DNA of 28,893 nt, taken from IMG/VR virus record IMGVR_UViG_3300037722_000203, positions 1-28,893 of that record; one strand, written 5' to 3'. Source of the stretch: a virus. Lineage: Duplodnaviria; Caudoviricetes. The notes beneath the pieces were generated by a model, which was given only the letters and a program-made list of their open reading frames with translations, was not told the origin of the DNA and made no database searches. Shown one piece after another: positions 7,920 through 16,503 of this stretch (within the stretch, counting starts at the first letter, position 1; every line of letters begins with the position of its first letter). The position numbers and the translations under genes are program-made.

Positions 7920-8606
7920 ATGGCAAGAAAGAGGGTCCCGATCGAGGAAAGGTTTTGGCAACGAGTAATCAAGCAGGAAAACGGATGTTGGCTGTATCAA
8001 AGCGAGTCTCCGCGCTATCCGCTGATCACATTCGGCGGTCGCGATGGCGGCAACATCACAGCCCACCGCTTCAGCTATCAGTTGCACAGCGGCGCTCCGG
8101 TTCCTGCGGGATTGTTCGTTTGTCACAAGTGCGATGTGAAGAACTGCGTCAACCCTGCGCACCTTTACGTCGGCACGCACGAGGACAACACGCGTGACAT
8201 CGTTGAGCGTGGCAGGCAAGCGAGGAACACGGCCCGCAAGGTACAGCCGGCAAGGTATCGCTATGCACGCAGTCACAAGCTGCGGAACGACGAGCGCGAT
8301 GCTCTCAAAGCCGAGTACGCAAGCGGCAAGTGGACGCAGATGCAGCTCGCGAAGCGCTGGCGGATTAGTCAGGCGACAGTCTCCGCAACAATTCGCGGCG
8401 TTCAAAACATGGGCCAAGGCGTTGGCGCGAAGAAGCGCGTTGGGCACTTCCGCCGAAAGCTCAAGCCGGACGCCTATCAACAGATTCGGGACCTTTACGG
8501 CACGGGCCAGTTCACTCAACAAGCGCTCGCTGAGCGGTTTGGCATCGACCAAACCTACGTGAGCGCGATCGTAAGGAGAAAGACACAGTGCGAGCACTTC
8601 AAGTAG
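7920..8606 (+). CDS. HNH homing endonuclease with two C-terminal HTH-like repeats
   Basis: ERFWQRV..ENGCW, AHRFSY, VCHKCDVKNCVNPAHL.VGT..DN. HTH-like segments TQMQLAKRWRISQATVS and TQQALAERFGIDQTYVS. Confidence 0.9.
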   Translation: MARKRVPIEERFWQRVIKQENGCWLYQSESPRYPLITFGGRDGGNITAHRFSYQLHSGAPVPAGLFVCHKCDVKNCVNPAHLYVGTHEDNTRDIVERGRQARNTARKVQPARYRYARSHKLRNDERDALKAEYASGKWTQMQLAKRWRISQATVSATIRGVQNMGQGVGAKKRVGHFRRKLKPDAYQQIRDLYGTGQFTQQALAERFGIDQTYVSAIVRRKTQCEHFK

Positions 8607-8923
8607 CAAAAGACATCGACCTTGACGCGGGCTCCGCTGACGGAGCGGCGATCGATCTGCTCGGCGGCGAGACGCCTTTCCTTCCCGGCTACACCGTGGT
8701 TTGCGCGATCGCAATCGCGGTGTGGGCCGAGGGCGAAGGCGTCACGACGCTCGCGTTGCAGACCCGATCGATCGACTCCGGTGCGTGGACGACGCTTGCG
8801 ACCGGCGATGGCAACGATCCCGTGACGTACACCGAAGTCGTGCTGCAACGGTACATCCGGTATCTCGCGGTCGGCGCCGGTGCGTCGGACGGCCGAGGGT
8901 CGATTCACCTGCTCGGCAACTAG
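8588..8923 (+). CDS. Putative capsid decoration/cement protein, paralog 1
   Basis: About 110 aa, beta-rich, first structural gene after the capsid. RBS AAGGAG before GTG. LQ...D...W..L and RYIRY patterns. Confidence 0.5.
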   Translation: MRALQVAKDIDLDAGSADGAAIDLLGGETPFLPGYTVVCAIAIAVWAEGEGVTTLALQTRSIDSGAWTTLATGDGNDPVTYTEVVLQRYIRYLAVGAGASDGRGSIHLLGN

Positions 8924-8932
8924 GAGAAGTCC

Positions 8933-9271
8933 ATGCGCGCATATCAAGTAGCGAAGGACATCGACCTGGACGCCGCGTCTTCGGACGGAGCGGCGATCGA
9001 CTTCGAGGCCGAGGATTCGCCGTTCACGCCAGGCTACACGGTGATCGTCGCGATCCACATCACGACGTTCGCCGAGACCGAGGCCGTGGTCGTCGTGACG
9101 CTGCAAGGCCGCGAAGTGGATACGGACGTGTGGGCCGATCTCGTCGTCGCGGACAGCAACGATCCGGCCGTGTTCGTCGAAGCGAAGCTGCCGCGTTACC
9201 TGCGGTACGAAGTGCAGGCGCCGACGTCGCTCGGCGACGGCCGCGCTTCGATCCATCTGCTCGGGAATTGA
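8933..9271 (+). CDS. Putative capsid decoration/cement protein, paralog 2
   Basis: Co-linear with 8588..8923 (MRAxQVAKDIDLDA...DGAAID...PFxPGYTV...NDP...SIHLLGN). RBS AGGAG. Confidence 0.5.
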   Translation: MRAYQVAKDIDLDAASSDGAAIDFEAEDSPFTPGYTVIVAIHITTFAETEAVVVVTLQGREVDTDVWADLVVADSNDPAVFVEAKLPRYLRYEVQAPTSLGDGRASIHLLGN

Positions 9272-9284
9272 AGGAGACAGCATC

Positions 9285-9602
9285 TTGAAAATGATCATCG
9301 TGCATGTGCGGCTGAACGAGCACCACACGCAGCAGCTCATCGTAGCTCCTTGGGAAGTGCCGGTGCTCGAAGCCGTGCACGCTGCGGGCGCGGTGCAGAT
9401 CAGCGGCGAATCCACCGTCGACAAGGAGCCGCCGGATGCTCGAAGCGAGTACGAGCGATTGCGGAATCGCTACAAGTCGGACAAGAAAACCGACACACCG
9501 TATGTCGCGATGGTCTACGGGATGCACGGCGCTGGCATTGCCGCGCTGCAAGCTGCGATCGACAAGGCCGCTCCGCGCCGGAAGCAGGCCGCGAACGGCT
9601 AA
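9285..9602 (+). CDS. Hypothetical head-module protein
   Basis: RBS AAGGAG before TTG, phage-like codon usage, ends just before a terminator. Confidence 0.6.
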   Translation: MKMIIVHVRLNEHHTQQLIVAPWEVPVLEAVHAAGAVQISGESTVDKEPPDARSEYERLRNRYKSDKKTDTPYVAMVYGMHGAGIAALQAAIDKAAPRRKQAANG

Positions 9603-9627
9603 GGGTGAGTTTCAAGGCGGGTTGGAC

Positions 9628-9657
9628 CGGGCGCCCGCGATGGCGCCCGTTCTTTTT
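9628..9657 (+). terminator. Rho-independent terminator ending the capsid transcription unit
   Basis: CGGGCGCC-cgcgat-GGCGCCCG followed by TTCTTTTT. Confidence 0.8.
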
Positions 9658-9671
9658 GTGAGGTTTGACTG

Positions 9672-10796
9672 ATGGGCGTAATCACGACCCCTGCTGATTG
9701 GGAGACTGCGGCGAATTCAGATTCGCCTCCCAACACCTGGGAAAAGAACGCCTCGGATAATCGGTATTGGTTCGATGATGGGCTCGGAGATTTGGACCGA
9801 ACCATCGAATACATCGGCGCAGACGACCTTCCTGCGACGTTGAACTTTTCTTGGGAGATTACCGAGGTTCCGGAGAGTGGCACGCTCCAGTTCTACTACA
9901 TCGACCCGGACGACGCATTCCACTACACGGACTTAGGCGCCGCGCTTGCTTCGGGTTTCGTGACCGTCACGGTGCCTGACGTTGCAGGCTTGTTCCGGTT
10001 TGGCGTGGACGCCGGTGGAGAGGATGGGGTTCTAACGAGCGGCGTGGTGGCGATAGGCGAAGCCATTACGAGCTTCAACTGCGACTGTGAAGATGAACCG
10101 AACACGCCTCGCGAGACGCTCTTGGAGCTGCGAACGCGGCTGATGCGTCGGCTCGGGTTCTCCGCGCAGGCCGCGAATCCTCCGCCAGGCATGGCCGCGC
10201 TGCTCGATGATTTCCTGACGAGCGCGCAGCGCTTTCTCTATCGGCGATTCAAGTCGTTGCACACCGAGCGCTTTTACACCTGGACGATGGTTCCTGGCAC
10301 GCGCTACTACGATCTGGCCGAGAACGAAGATGCGTGCACGAAGCGGATCGATGAGTATCAAGTTACGTGGGTCGGAATGTCGGACCTGAATGAGGCGTGG
10401 TATCCGCTTCACAAAGGCATCGATCCATCGCGATACACAGAGCGCGAGACGACGCGCGGATACCCGGATTCATATGAAATAAGACAATGTGTGGAGGTTT
10501 GGCCTGCGCCGGCCGATGCCTACAAGTTGCGCATCAAGGGCCATTTTGGTTTAGAGCCATTTGCCGCGGACTCGGACAAGACAACTATCGACTCCGAACT
10601 CGTTTTCCTCTGGGCCTTGGCCTCGGCGAGTTTGCACTACGGCAAAGCCGACGTTGCGAGAGCCCTATTTGCTGAAGCGCAAGCGTACATGGGCGCTTTG
10701 GTGGCCGGCTCTCATTTGACAGCGCGCTACGTTCCTGGTGCCGTTGAAGTTCCGCAACTCTCGCAGCCAGTGTTTCTGCCGCTTGTAGGGGAATGA
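9672..10796 (+). CDS. Head-tail adaptor (T7 gp11/P22 gp4-like position) with N-terminal extension
   Basis: The core begins near FNCDCED..TLLELRTRLMRRLGF. Adaptor-like features include GTRYYDL, GYPDSY...VEVWPAP and ELVFLWALA. Position after the head genes. Confidence 0.6.
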   Translation: MGVITTPADWETAANSDSPPNTWEKNASDNRYWFDDGLGDLDRTIEYIGADDLPATLNFSWEITEVPESGTLQFYYIDPDDAFHYTDLGAALASGFVTVTVPDVAGLFRFGVDAGGEDGVLTSGVVAIGEAITSFNCDCEDEPNTPRETLLELRTRLMRRLGFSAQAANPPPGMAALLDDFLTSAQRFLYRRFKSLHTERFYTWTMVPGTRYYDLAENEDACTKRIDEYQVTWVGMSDLNEAWYPLHKGIDPSRYTERETTRGYPDSYEIRQCVEVWPAPADAYKLRIKGHFGLEPFAADSDKTTIDSELVFLWALASASLHYGKADVARALFAEAQAYMGALVAGSHLTARYVPGAVEVPQLSQPVFLPLVGE

Positions 10797-10797
10797 C

Positions 10798-11133
10798 TTG
10801 AAATTCTCGAAAGAGTCGACCGTGAATATTTCGATCTCGACGCTCGTGTCCATCGCTGGCACGCTCGGCGCGCTGTATCTGTTCGCAGCCCCCATCGCGT
10901 CGAAAGCTCTGGCCGGCGAGATTCAAGAGCAGATTCAGCCGATGAGCGACGCGTTCGCGATCATCCTGTTGCAGAACATTCAGAACCAGCGCAACGCCGT
11001 GACGGCGATGCAGTTCAAGCGCGATCAGAGCCCGGGCACGTGGACGCTGCGTGACGCGCAGGATTTGGATGCTGCGCGCACGACGTTACTCGCGATGGAA
11101 CGGGCGTTGGACGGGATGCAGGCAAAGAAATGA
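10798..11133 (+). CDS. Membrane protein of the lysis cluster (single N-terminal TM; holin/antiholin-like)
   Basis: Hydrophobic ISISTLVSIAGTLGALYLFAA segment; stop overlaps the lysozyme start (ATGA). Confidence 0.45.
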   Translation: MKFSKESTVNISISTLVSIAGTLGALYLFAAPIASKALAGEIQEQIQPMSDAFAIILLQNIQNQRNAVTAMQFKRDQSPGTWTLRDAQDLDAARTTLLAMERALDGMQAKK

Positions 11134-11549
11134 CGCTCGACGATCTACTGCCGGAGGTCAAAGCCGAGGAAGGCTGGCGCGATCGTCCCTACCGAGACAG
11201 CCTGGATTTTCTCACGATCGGCTACGGGTTTCTGATCGACGAGCGCAAGTCCGTGTCGATGCCGCGCGAAGTCGGTGAGCTTTGGATGAAGCTCATTCTC
11301 GCCGACAAGTGGAGTGAGCTTACCGCGCGCGCGCCGTGGGTCATGGATCAGCCGGAAGCCGTGCAAAAGGCGCTCGTGCTCATGTCGTATCAACTCGGAG
11401 TCACGGGCGTTCTGAACTTCCGAAAGATGGTCGCTGCGCTGCGCACTGGACACCGCGTGCAGGCGGCGATCGAGGCATTGGATTCGACGTGGGCGAAGCA
11501 GACGAAGCAGCGCGCTGAGCGTGTGGCCACGATGATTCGGGGGCTGTGA
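11130..11549 (+). CDS. Endolysin, GH24 (T4-lysozyme-like) muramidase
   Basis: EEGWRDRPYRDSLDFLTIGYG (catalytic E-x8-D-x5-T), FRKMVAAL and LDSTWAKQT..RAERVA. Confidence 0.85.
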   Translation: MTLDDLLPEVKAEEGWRDRPYRDSLDFLTIGYGFLIDERKSVSMPREVGELWMKLILADKWSELTARAPWVMDQPEAVQKALVLMSYQLGVTGVLNFRKMVAALRTGHRVQAAIEALDSTWAKQTKQRAERVATMIRGL

Positions 11550-11902
11550 TGGCGATCCCGGTAGCAGCGGTCATCAAAGGCATTCGGGTTTGGACCGCCG
11601 TGAAACCTATAAAGCGCTTGCGGGAGAACCGTGCGCGCAAACGACGGCTCAAGGAACTTGGGATTGAACAGGAGACGATTATGTTTGCAGGCAAAAAGAC
11701 GTATCTCGGCATCGCGGCAGCGGGGATAGGAGTGGTGTTGGGCTGGCTCGGTATCGGCGAGTGCGATCCGACCGTTGTCGATGCGGCGTGCCAAAGCGCC
11801 GACGCGCTATCGGCGAAGCTCGTGACTGCGGTCAACGACATTCTGATGGTCGGCGGATTGGCTCTCGCTGCATACGGCCGCAAAAAGGCTAAGGCTACCT
11901 GA
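11546..11902 (+). CDS. Holin-like 2-TM protein; strong internal start at 11681
   Basis: GKKTY followed by a TM segment, a second TM ILMVGGLALAAYG, and a basic C-terminal tail. AGGAG at 11670-74 precedes in-frame ATG 11681. Confidence 0.55.
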   Translation: MMAIPVAAVIKGIRVWTAVKPIKRLRENRARKRRLKELGIEQETIMFAGKKTYLGIAAAGIGVVLGWLGIGECDPTVVDAACQSADALSAKLVTAVNDILMVGGLALAAYGRKKAKAT

Positions 11903-11905
11903 CAC

Positions 11906-12163
11906 ATGGCCGGCAACCCCTTCAGCGCATTCCGCGCTGGCGCAGACTTGCGCGGCCGTGACGCCAAGATTGGCGACGTCGTGGCTGCGGCATCGGCGAG
12001 CGGACAGCCGATGCCGCCTCAGCCTGCCTACGTACCTGCGGCGCCGCCGTCTTCGTATGCGCCCACCGGGAACACGCAGCGCACGTTCGGCGCACCGATG
12101 GCGCCGCCGATCTCCGACGAGGAAGCGGCAATGTTTCTGCTGAAGCTGATGCAACGCCGATGA
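11906..12163 (+). CDS. Hypothetical Pro/Ala-rich protein
   Basis: Fills the gap between the holin and the next module; its stop overlaps an ATG at 12160. Confidence 0.5.
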   Translation: MAGNPFSAFRAGADLRGRDAKIGDVVAAASASGQPMPPQPAYVPAAPPSSYAPTGNTQRTFGAPMAPPISDEEAAMFLLKLMQRR

Positions 12164-12195
12164 GAGAGATCGCGGACGACGCCGGGGGTTTGTAG
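12160..12195 (+). pseudogene. Remnant 5' end of the nozzle gene ([11 protein letters not shown]), now a mini-ORF coupled to the HNH gene
   Basis: ATG AGA GAG ATC GCG encodes MREIA, identical to the start of 12716..13492. Its TAG shares a base with the HNH GTG. Confidence 0.6.
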
Positions 12196-12719
12196 TGGCA
12201 GCGAACTTGAGAGTGCAATTCATTGACATGGTCGGCAACAAGTTTGGACGGTTGCGCGTAGTAGGACGAGCTGCACCAAGCGTTTGTCGCAAAAAGCGCT
12301 TGCGGTGGGAGTGCCTCTGCGACTGTGGATCTGTGATCGTTGCAGTTGGAGAGAATCTTCGTAGCGGTAACACAAAGAGTTGCGGGTGTTGGAGGAGCGA
12401 GGTATCCGCGGAAAATGGTCGCCTCACAAAGAAGCACGGGCATGGGTCTCCAGGCAAAAGATCGCCTACATATGAAAGCTGGGGAGCAATGCTTAGTAGG
12501 TGTCTTCATTCAAGCAACATCGGCTTCAAGTATTACGGTGGGCGAGGGATCTCAGTATGCGAGCGCTGGCGAACCTTCGAGAACTTCCTCGCCGACATGG
12601 GCGTAAGGCCAGATGGCAAGACGCTCGATCGCATCGACAACGACGGCAACTACGAACCGAGTAATTGCCGCTGGGCGACTCCGACAGAGCAGGCGAACAA
12701 CCGCCGGAGATTCCCGTGA
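12195..12719 (+). CDS. HNH homing endonuclease (CxCxCG/SCGC N-terminal type)
   Basis: [62 protein letters not shown]. Confidence 0.9.
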   Translation: MAANLRVQFIDMVGNKFGRLRVVGRAAPSVCRKKRLRWECLCDCGSVIVAVGENLRSGNTKSCGCWRSEVSAENGRLTKKHGHGSPGKRSPTYESWGAMLSRCLHSSNIGFKYYGGRGISVCERWRTFENFLADMGVRPDGKTLDRIDNDGNYEPSNCRWATPTEQANNRRRFP

Positions 12720-13492
12720 GAGAAATTGCACTGACCGCCGATGAAGGCTTAAATTTGCTCCGCCTAAAAGGGCCGGCGCGGGCGCGTTCGTTCTATGAGC
12801 TGACGAACTGCTACCGCACGGCGGATAAGACTGTGAAGGCGCGGCCCGGCACGTTTCGCGATGCGTCTCTGCCGGTCGGCACGATCGGGCTCACGGCGTT
12901 CCAAGACAAGCTGCACGTGTTCGCGTCGACGAGCGTGGACCTGACCGGCTTCGACGACTACCAGCTCAACATCCTGCTGCATCCCACCAACCCGACCGCG
13001 ATCCTGACCGAGATTCATTTCGCCGAGCCGTTTCTGGGCGCGCTGTATATCGTGGCCGAATTCATCCCTGCCGGCATCTTTCACTTCTGGTTGCAAGAGG
13101 CCGAGGAGTGGGAAGCGAGCACCGAGTATTCGTCCGGCGAATTCGTCGAGCCCACGACGCCGAACGGCTTCGTGTATCGGGCTACTCGATTGGGAGATCC
13201 GTTCCAAGCGTGGGCGCCTGGAGTACCTCGGACCGAGGGCAACAGCTCGAGCATCGAGGCATCGGTCGTCGAGCCCACCGTGTACAACGAGTACTACTAC
13301 ACTGTCGTCGACACGCAGGGCGACAACCCGATCTCCGGCACCATCGAGCCCGTGTGGCCGACGAACACCGGCGCTCAGGTGATCGAGAACACGGACGGCA
13401 CCGAGCAGGCGGATCAAGAAGCCGTAGCACCCCCTCTGCCGCCGTCGACGAACAAGCCGCAGTCTGGCACCACTTCGAAGTACGGGCTGTGA
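12716..13492 (+). CDS. Tail nozzle/stabilization protein, N-terminal part
   Basis: GGAG at 12706-09 precedes GTG 12716, which overlaps the HNH stop. The N-terminal GLN...ELTNCY...VKARPG pattern is typical of P22 gp10/T7 gp12-like nozzles; C-terminal W...Y..G / SG..EPVWP repeats. Confidence 0.55.
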   Translation: MREIALTADEGLNLLRLKGPARARSFYELTNCYRTADKTVKARPGTFRDASLPVGTIGLTAFQDKLHVFASTSVDLTGFDDYQLNILLHPTNPTAILTEIHFAEPFLGALYIVAEFIPAGIFHFWLQEAEEWEASTEYSSGEFVEPTTPNGFVYRATRLGDPFQAWAPGVPRTEGNSSSIEASVVEPTVYNEYYYTVVDTQGDNPISGTIEPVWPTNTGAQVIENTDGTEQADQEAVAPPLPPSTNKPQSGTTSKYGL

Positions 13493-13493
13493 C

Positions 13494-15407
13494 ATGGCTG
13501 TAATCCCCCTTTGGGAGCCCGCGAAATTATATCAACCGGGCGACATCGTTCGGCCGACGAGCGCGGGCGAAGTCACTCAAGACGTTCCGACGAATCAGAA
13601 CTTCGAGGCCGGCGCTTCGGGGTGGACGTTCTCCGGTGATGGCAACGGCGCGATTGTAGAAACGCCGCCGACGTTCGACGGCACCTGGAAGGTCTCGGCG
13701 AACGACACGGGCGGCAACAATCAGCGGCTCATGGTCAACGACGCCCGGCTCCCGGTCGTGCCTGGGCAGCTCATCACGGCGAAAGCGTTCGTGTTTTGTT
13801 GGGGCGATCCTGACCGCACGCGCTGTCAGATTCGGATCAACTGGTACAACGCTGCACTTGCCGCGCTTGCGCCAACTCCGATGGCATCTGATCCGACCAT
13901 CATCGGTAATGGGTTCGTTCGAGTCACTCCGGGGCTCACGAATTCAGGCGGTCTCGTTGGCTTGGCTGCGAACGGCGTATGGACGCAGATCGAGGTCACT
14001 GGCATTGCTCCTGCCGGCGCTGCCTTCTGGACGCCCGCAATGGCGTTCAATTGGGGGCCGGATGGCGCGTGGTATGCCGATACGTTCAGCAACGACTACG
14101 CGAGCCAGGGCGAGCCGAACAACCTGATTTTCCGCGCGGTTCAGGCTGCCGCTGGATTCTCCGGCAACTCGGAGCCCGTGTGGCCTGACACGATCGGGCA
14201 AACGGTCGTCGACAACGAGGTCACGTGGGAGGCGATCTCCGGCAACTCCGTCACGTGGGAGGCGAGCCGGATTCTGGTGAGCGGTGTCAGCGAGCCGACG
14301 TTCCCGACCACCGTCCTTGCGTCCGTAGCCGACAACACGATCTCGTGGGTGCTCGATCCTCGGCGTGTAAACGACCCGAAGGCCCCTGATTCGGAAGTCG
14401 TCGCGATTGCGGCTTCGAAGATTTTCGCGGCCGACGAAGACATTGTGCCGTTCTCGGCCACGGTGAATCCGCTCGACTGGTCGACGCCTGAGGACGCCGG
14501 ATACATTCCGTTCGGCTTGCAGACCTACGGTGCGAATCCGATCACGGCGATGGGGCTGTACCGCGGCAACCTCGTGGTCTTCAATTCCACGGGCGCGCAA
14601 ATCTGGCAGGTGGACCAAGACCCTACCGCCATGTCATTGCTCGACGCTATTCCGATCGGCTGCACGTTCCCCAAATCCATTCAGCCGGTGTCGAACGATC
14701 TGGTGTTTCTCACCGATCAGGGCATCCGCAACATGGGGCTCGTTGGAGCGTCGATCAACCTGCAGGCCGGCTACTTCGGGATTCAGATCGACCCGCTCGT
14801 CATCGCGGCCGTGAAGGCTGCCATCACTGCCGGTGTTGCGCCGCTCGCGCTGTATTGGCCCGCGCAGGGTCAGTACTGGCTGATCTTCGGCGATGAGGCT
14901 TTCGTGCTCACGATGCAGGGCGGTCAGGACAATCGCTCGTGGAGCCGCTACACGTTCCCGAGCGATATCGACTACTGGACGATCTTGGGCGACGACCTTT
15001 ACCTGCGCTCCGGCGATCTCGTGTGGCGCGTCTCGGACGAAGCGACGCTCGACGATGAGCGCACGTCTAGCGGCGATCAAGTCGGCACGGACTTCCAGGG
15101 CGTCATGCAGTGGAACTTCGTCGACGCAGGATCACCCGGCCGCGACAAACAGCTATTCGGCTTCGATCTCGTCATCGACGGCGACGTGACGGTGCACTTC
15201 GGGTACGACGAGCGCACGCCGACCTACAGCGCGTTGGGACCGTGGACCGAAGGTTACGCGGTGAGCGGCGATACGGTGCCTGGCACGATTATACCGATGC
15301 CGTTGACGGCGCCGAGCTTCAGCCTGCGGCTGGTGTTCGATGCGAATCAGGCGTGGCAGTGGCAGTCGGCCATGATTTACCTGACCGAACTGAGGCTCGG
15401 TTCATGA
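13494..15407 (+). CDS. Tail nozzle/stabilization protein, C-terminal part, with CBM-like insert
   Basis: NQNFEAGASGWT begins a carbohydrate-binding-like beta-sandwich, followed by SG.SEP.WP repeats and then propeller-like motifs (FSATVNPLDWS, ITAMGLYRGNLVVF, IGC....SI...NDLVFL, WSRYTF). Confidence 0.6.
   Translation: MAVIPLWEPAKLYQPGDIVRPTSAGEVTQDVPTNQNFEAGASGWTFSGDGNGAIVETPPTFDGTWKVSANDTGGNNQRLMVNDARLPVVPGQLITAKAFVFCWGDPDRTRCQIRINWYNAALAALAPTPMASDPTIIGNGFVRVTPGLTNSGGLVGLAANGVWTQIEVTGIAPAGAAFWTPAMAFNWGPDGAWYADTFSNDYASQGEPNNLIFRAVQAAAGFSGNSEPVWPDTIGQTVVDNEVTWEAISGNSVTWEASRILVSGVSEPTFPTTVLASVADNTISWVLDPRRVNDPKAPDSEVVAIAASKIFAADEDIVPFSATVNPLDWSTPEDAGYIPFGLQTYGANPITAMGLYRGNLVVFNSTGAQIWQVDQDPTAMSLLDAIPIGCTFPKSIQPVSNDLVFLTDQGIRNMGLVGASINLQAGYFGIQIDPLVIAAVKAAITAGVAPLALYWPAQGQYWLIFGDEAFVLTMQGGQDNRSWSRYTFPSDIDYWTILGDDLYLRSGDLVWRVSDEATLDDERTSSGDQVGTDFQGVMQWNFVDAGSPGRDKQLFGFDLVIDGDVTVHFGYDERTPTYSALGPWTEGYAVSGDTVPGTIIPMPLTAPSFSLRLVFDANQAWQWQSAMIYLTELRLGS
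14220..14265 (+). repeat. 16-bp direct repeat at 30-bp spacing (VTWEA twice)
   Basis: GTCACGTGGGAGGCGA at 14220-14235 and 14250-14265. Confidence 0.85.
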
Positions 15408-15856
15408 ACTCGGTAGTGAAGATTCGGCGACGCAGCCATATCGGCATACCGCGCGAGCGGATTCTTGCGTTCGAACGCGCGATGCGCGGGCTTCCCGTGG
15501 AAAACGTGCTCGGGTCGGAAGACTTCGTGACGCGGCACCATTTCGCGGAAGGCTCGTACGGTCGAGAGATTGAGTTGCCGGCTGGGACCATCGTCGTCGG
15601 CAAGATCCACCGGCATTCGCACGTCAATGTCGTCTCGAAGGGCCGCTGCCTCGTCGCGACCGAAGACGGCGTGATCGAGATCTCGGCGCCGTACACGTTC
15701 GTCTCTCAGCCCGGAACGAAGCGGATCGTCTGTGCTGTGGAAGACACGATCTGGACGACGGTGCACGTGAGCAACGAAACGGATCTCGCGAAGCTCGAGG
15801 ACGAGATTATCGCGCCGAGCTACGAAGAGCTCGAGTGCAAGGGGAGCGAATCATGA
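15404..15856 (+). CDS. Cupin-like protein in the tail module
   Basis: HHFAEGSYGREIELPAGTIVVGKIHRHSHVNVVSKG...APYTFVSQPGTKR...TTVH. ATGA overlaps at both ends. Confidence 0.65.
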   Translation: MNSVVKIRRRSHIGIPRERILAFERAMRGLPVENVLGSEDFVTRHHFAEGSYGREIELPAGTIVVGKIHRHSHVNVVSKGRCLVATEDGVIEISAPYTFVSQPGTKRIVCAVEDTIWTTVHVSNETDLAKLEDEIIAPSYEELECKGSES

Positions 15857-16503
15857 CGTGGGTCGCAGTAGGCGTAGCAGGAGCGTCGCTCATCTCCGGC
15901 AAGGGCGCTGAAAAGAAAGCCGATCGAGCGAACCGCGCCGCGGAGTCGCGAGAGGCTGCGCGTCAAGATCAGATCGGGCGCACGACGCAACTCATCGACT
16001 ACGCCTACGACAACCCTGCGCGCAAGAAACAATACGACGACTTCGCGACGGCGCTGCGCGGCTTCTACGGCGAGGACCTCGGACGGCAGAAGGCGGACGC
16101 TGATCGCAACTTGAAGTTCTCGCTCGCGCGCTCCGGGCTCACTGGCGGCAGTGCGGCAGTGGACACCGGCAAGCGGCTCGGCGACGAGTACGTGCGCGGG
16201 ACGTTGGAATCTGAACGACGCACGCAGGGCTCGCTCGCCGATCTCATGAGCGCCGATCAATCCTCGCGGCTGAACCTGATCAACATGGCGCAGAGCGGCA
16301 TGGACGCGACCACGGGCGCGACGCGCGCTGCGGAAGCGATGCGCTCGAACATCGGCAGCGCAACGTCGCAGTCGCGCGCTCAGGGCTTGGGCGACATTTT
16401 TGCGGGCACCACTGGGCTCTATAACCGGCAGCGCGAAGAGGCAGGTAGGCGCCGAGCGTTGGGCTACGACGCGACTAGGCAAGATTTGTACGGGAGACCG
16501 TGA
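15853..16503 (+). CDS. Internal virion/ejection protein (small)
   Basis: Hydrophobic MTWVAVGVAGASLISG start, helical A/Q/R-rich body with LARSGLTGGS, RBS GGGGAG. Confidence 0.65.
   Translation: MTWVAVGVAGASLISGKGAEKKADRANRAAESREAARQDQIGRTTQLIDYAYDNPARKKQYDDFATALRGFYGEDLGRQKADADRNLKFSLARSGLTGGSAAVDTGKRLGDEYVRGTLESERRTQGSLADLMSADQSSRLNLINMAQSGMDATTGATRAAEAMRSNIGSATSQSRAQGLGDIFAGTTGLYNRQREEAGRRRALGYDATRQDLYGRP

Noticed and set aside
4740-8606. Duplicated gene-start remnants at the other three HNH genes
   Set aside because: I looked for them and found no upstream peptide matching the downstream gene's N-terminus; only codon-usage shifts are visible.
11906-12163. Spanin
   Set aside because: No signal peptide, lipobox cysteine or TM segment.
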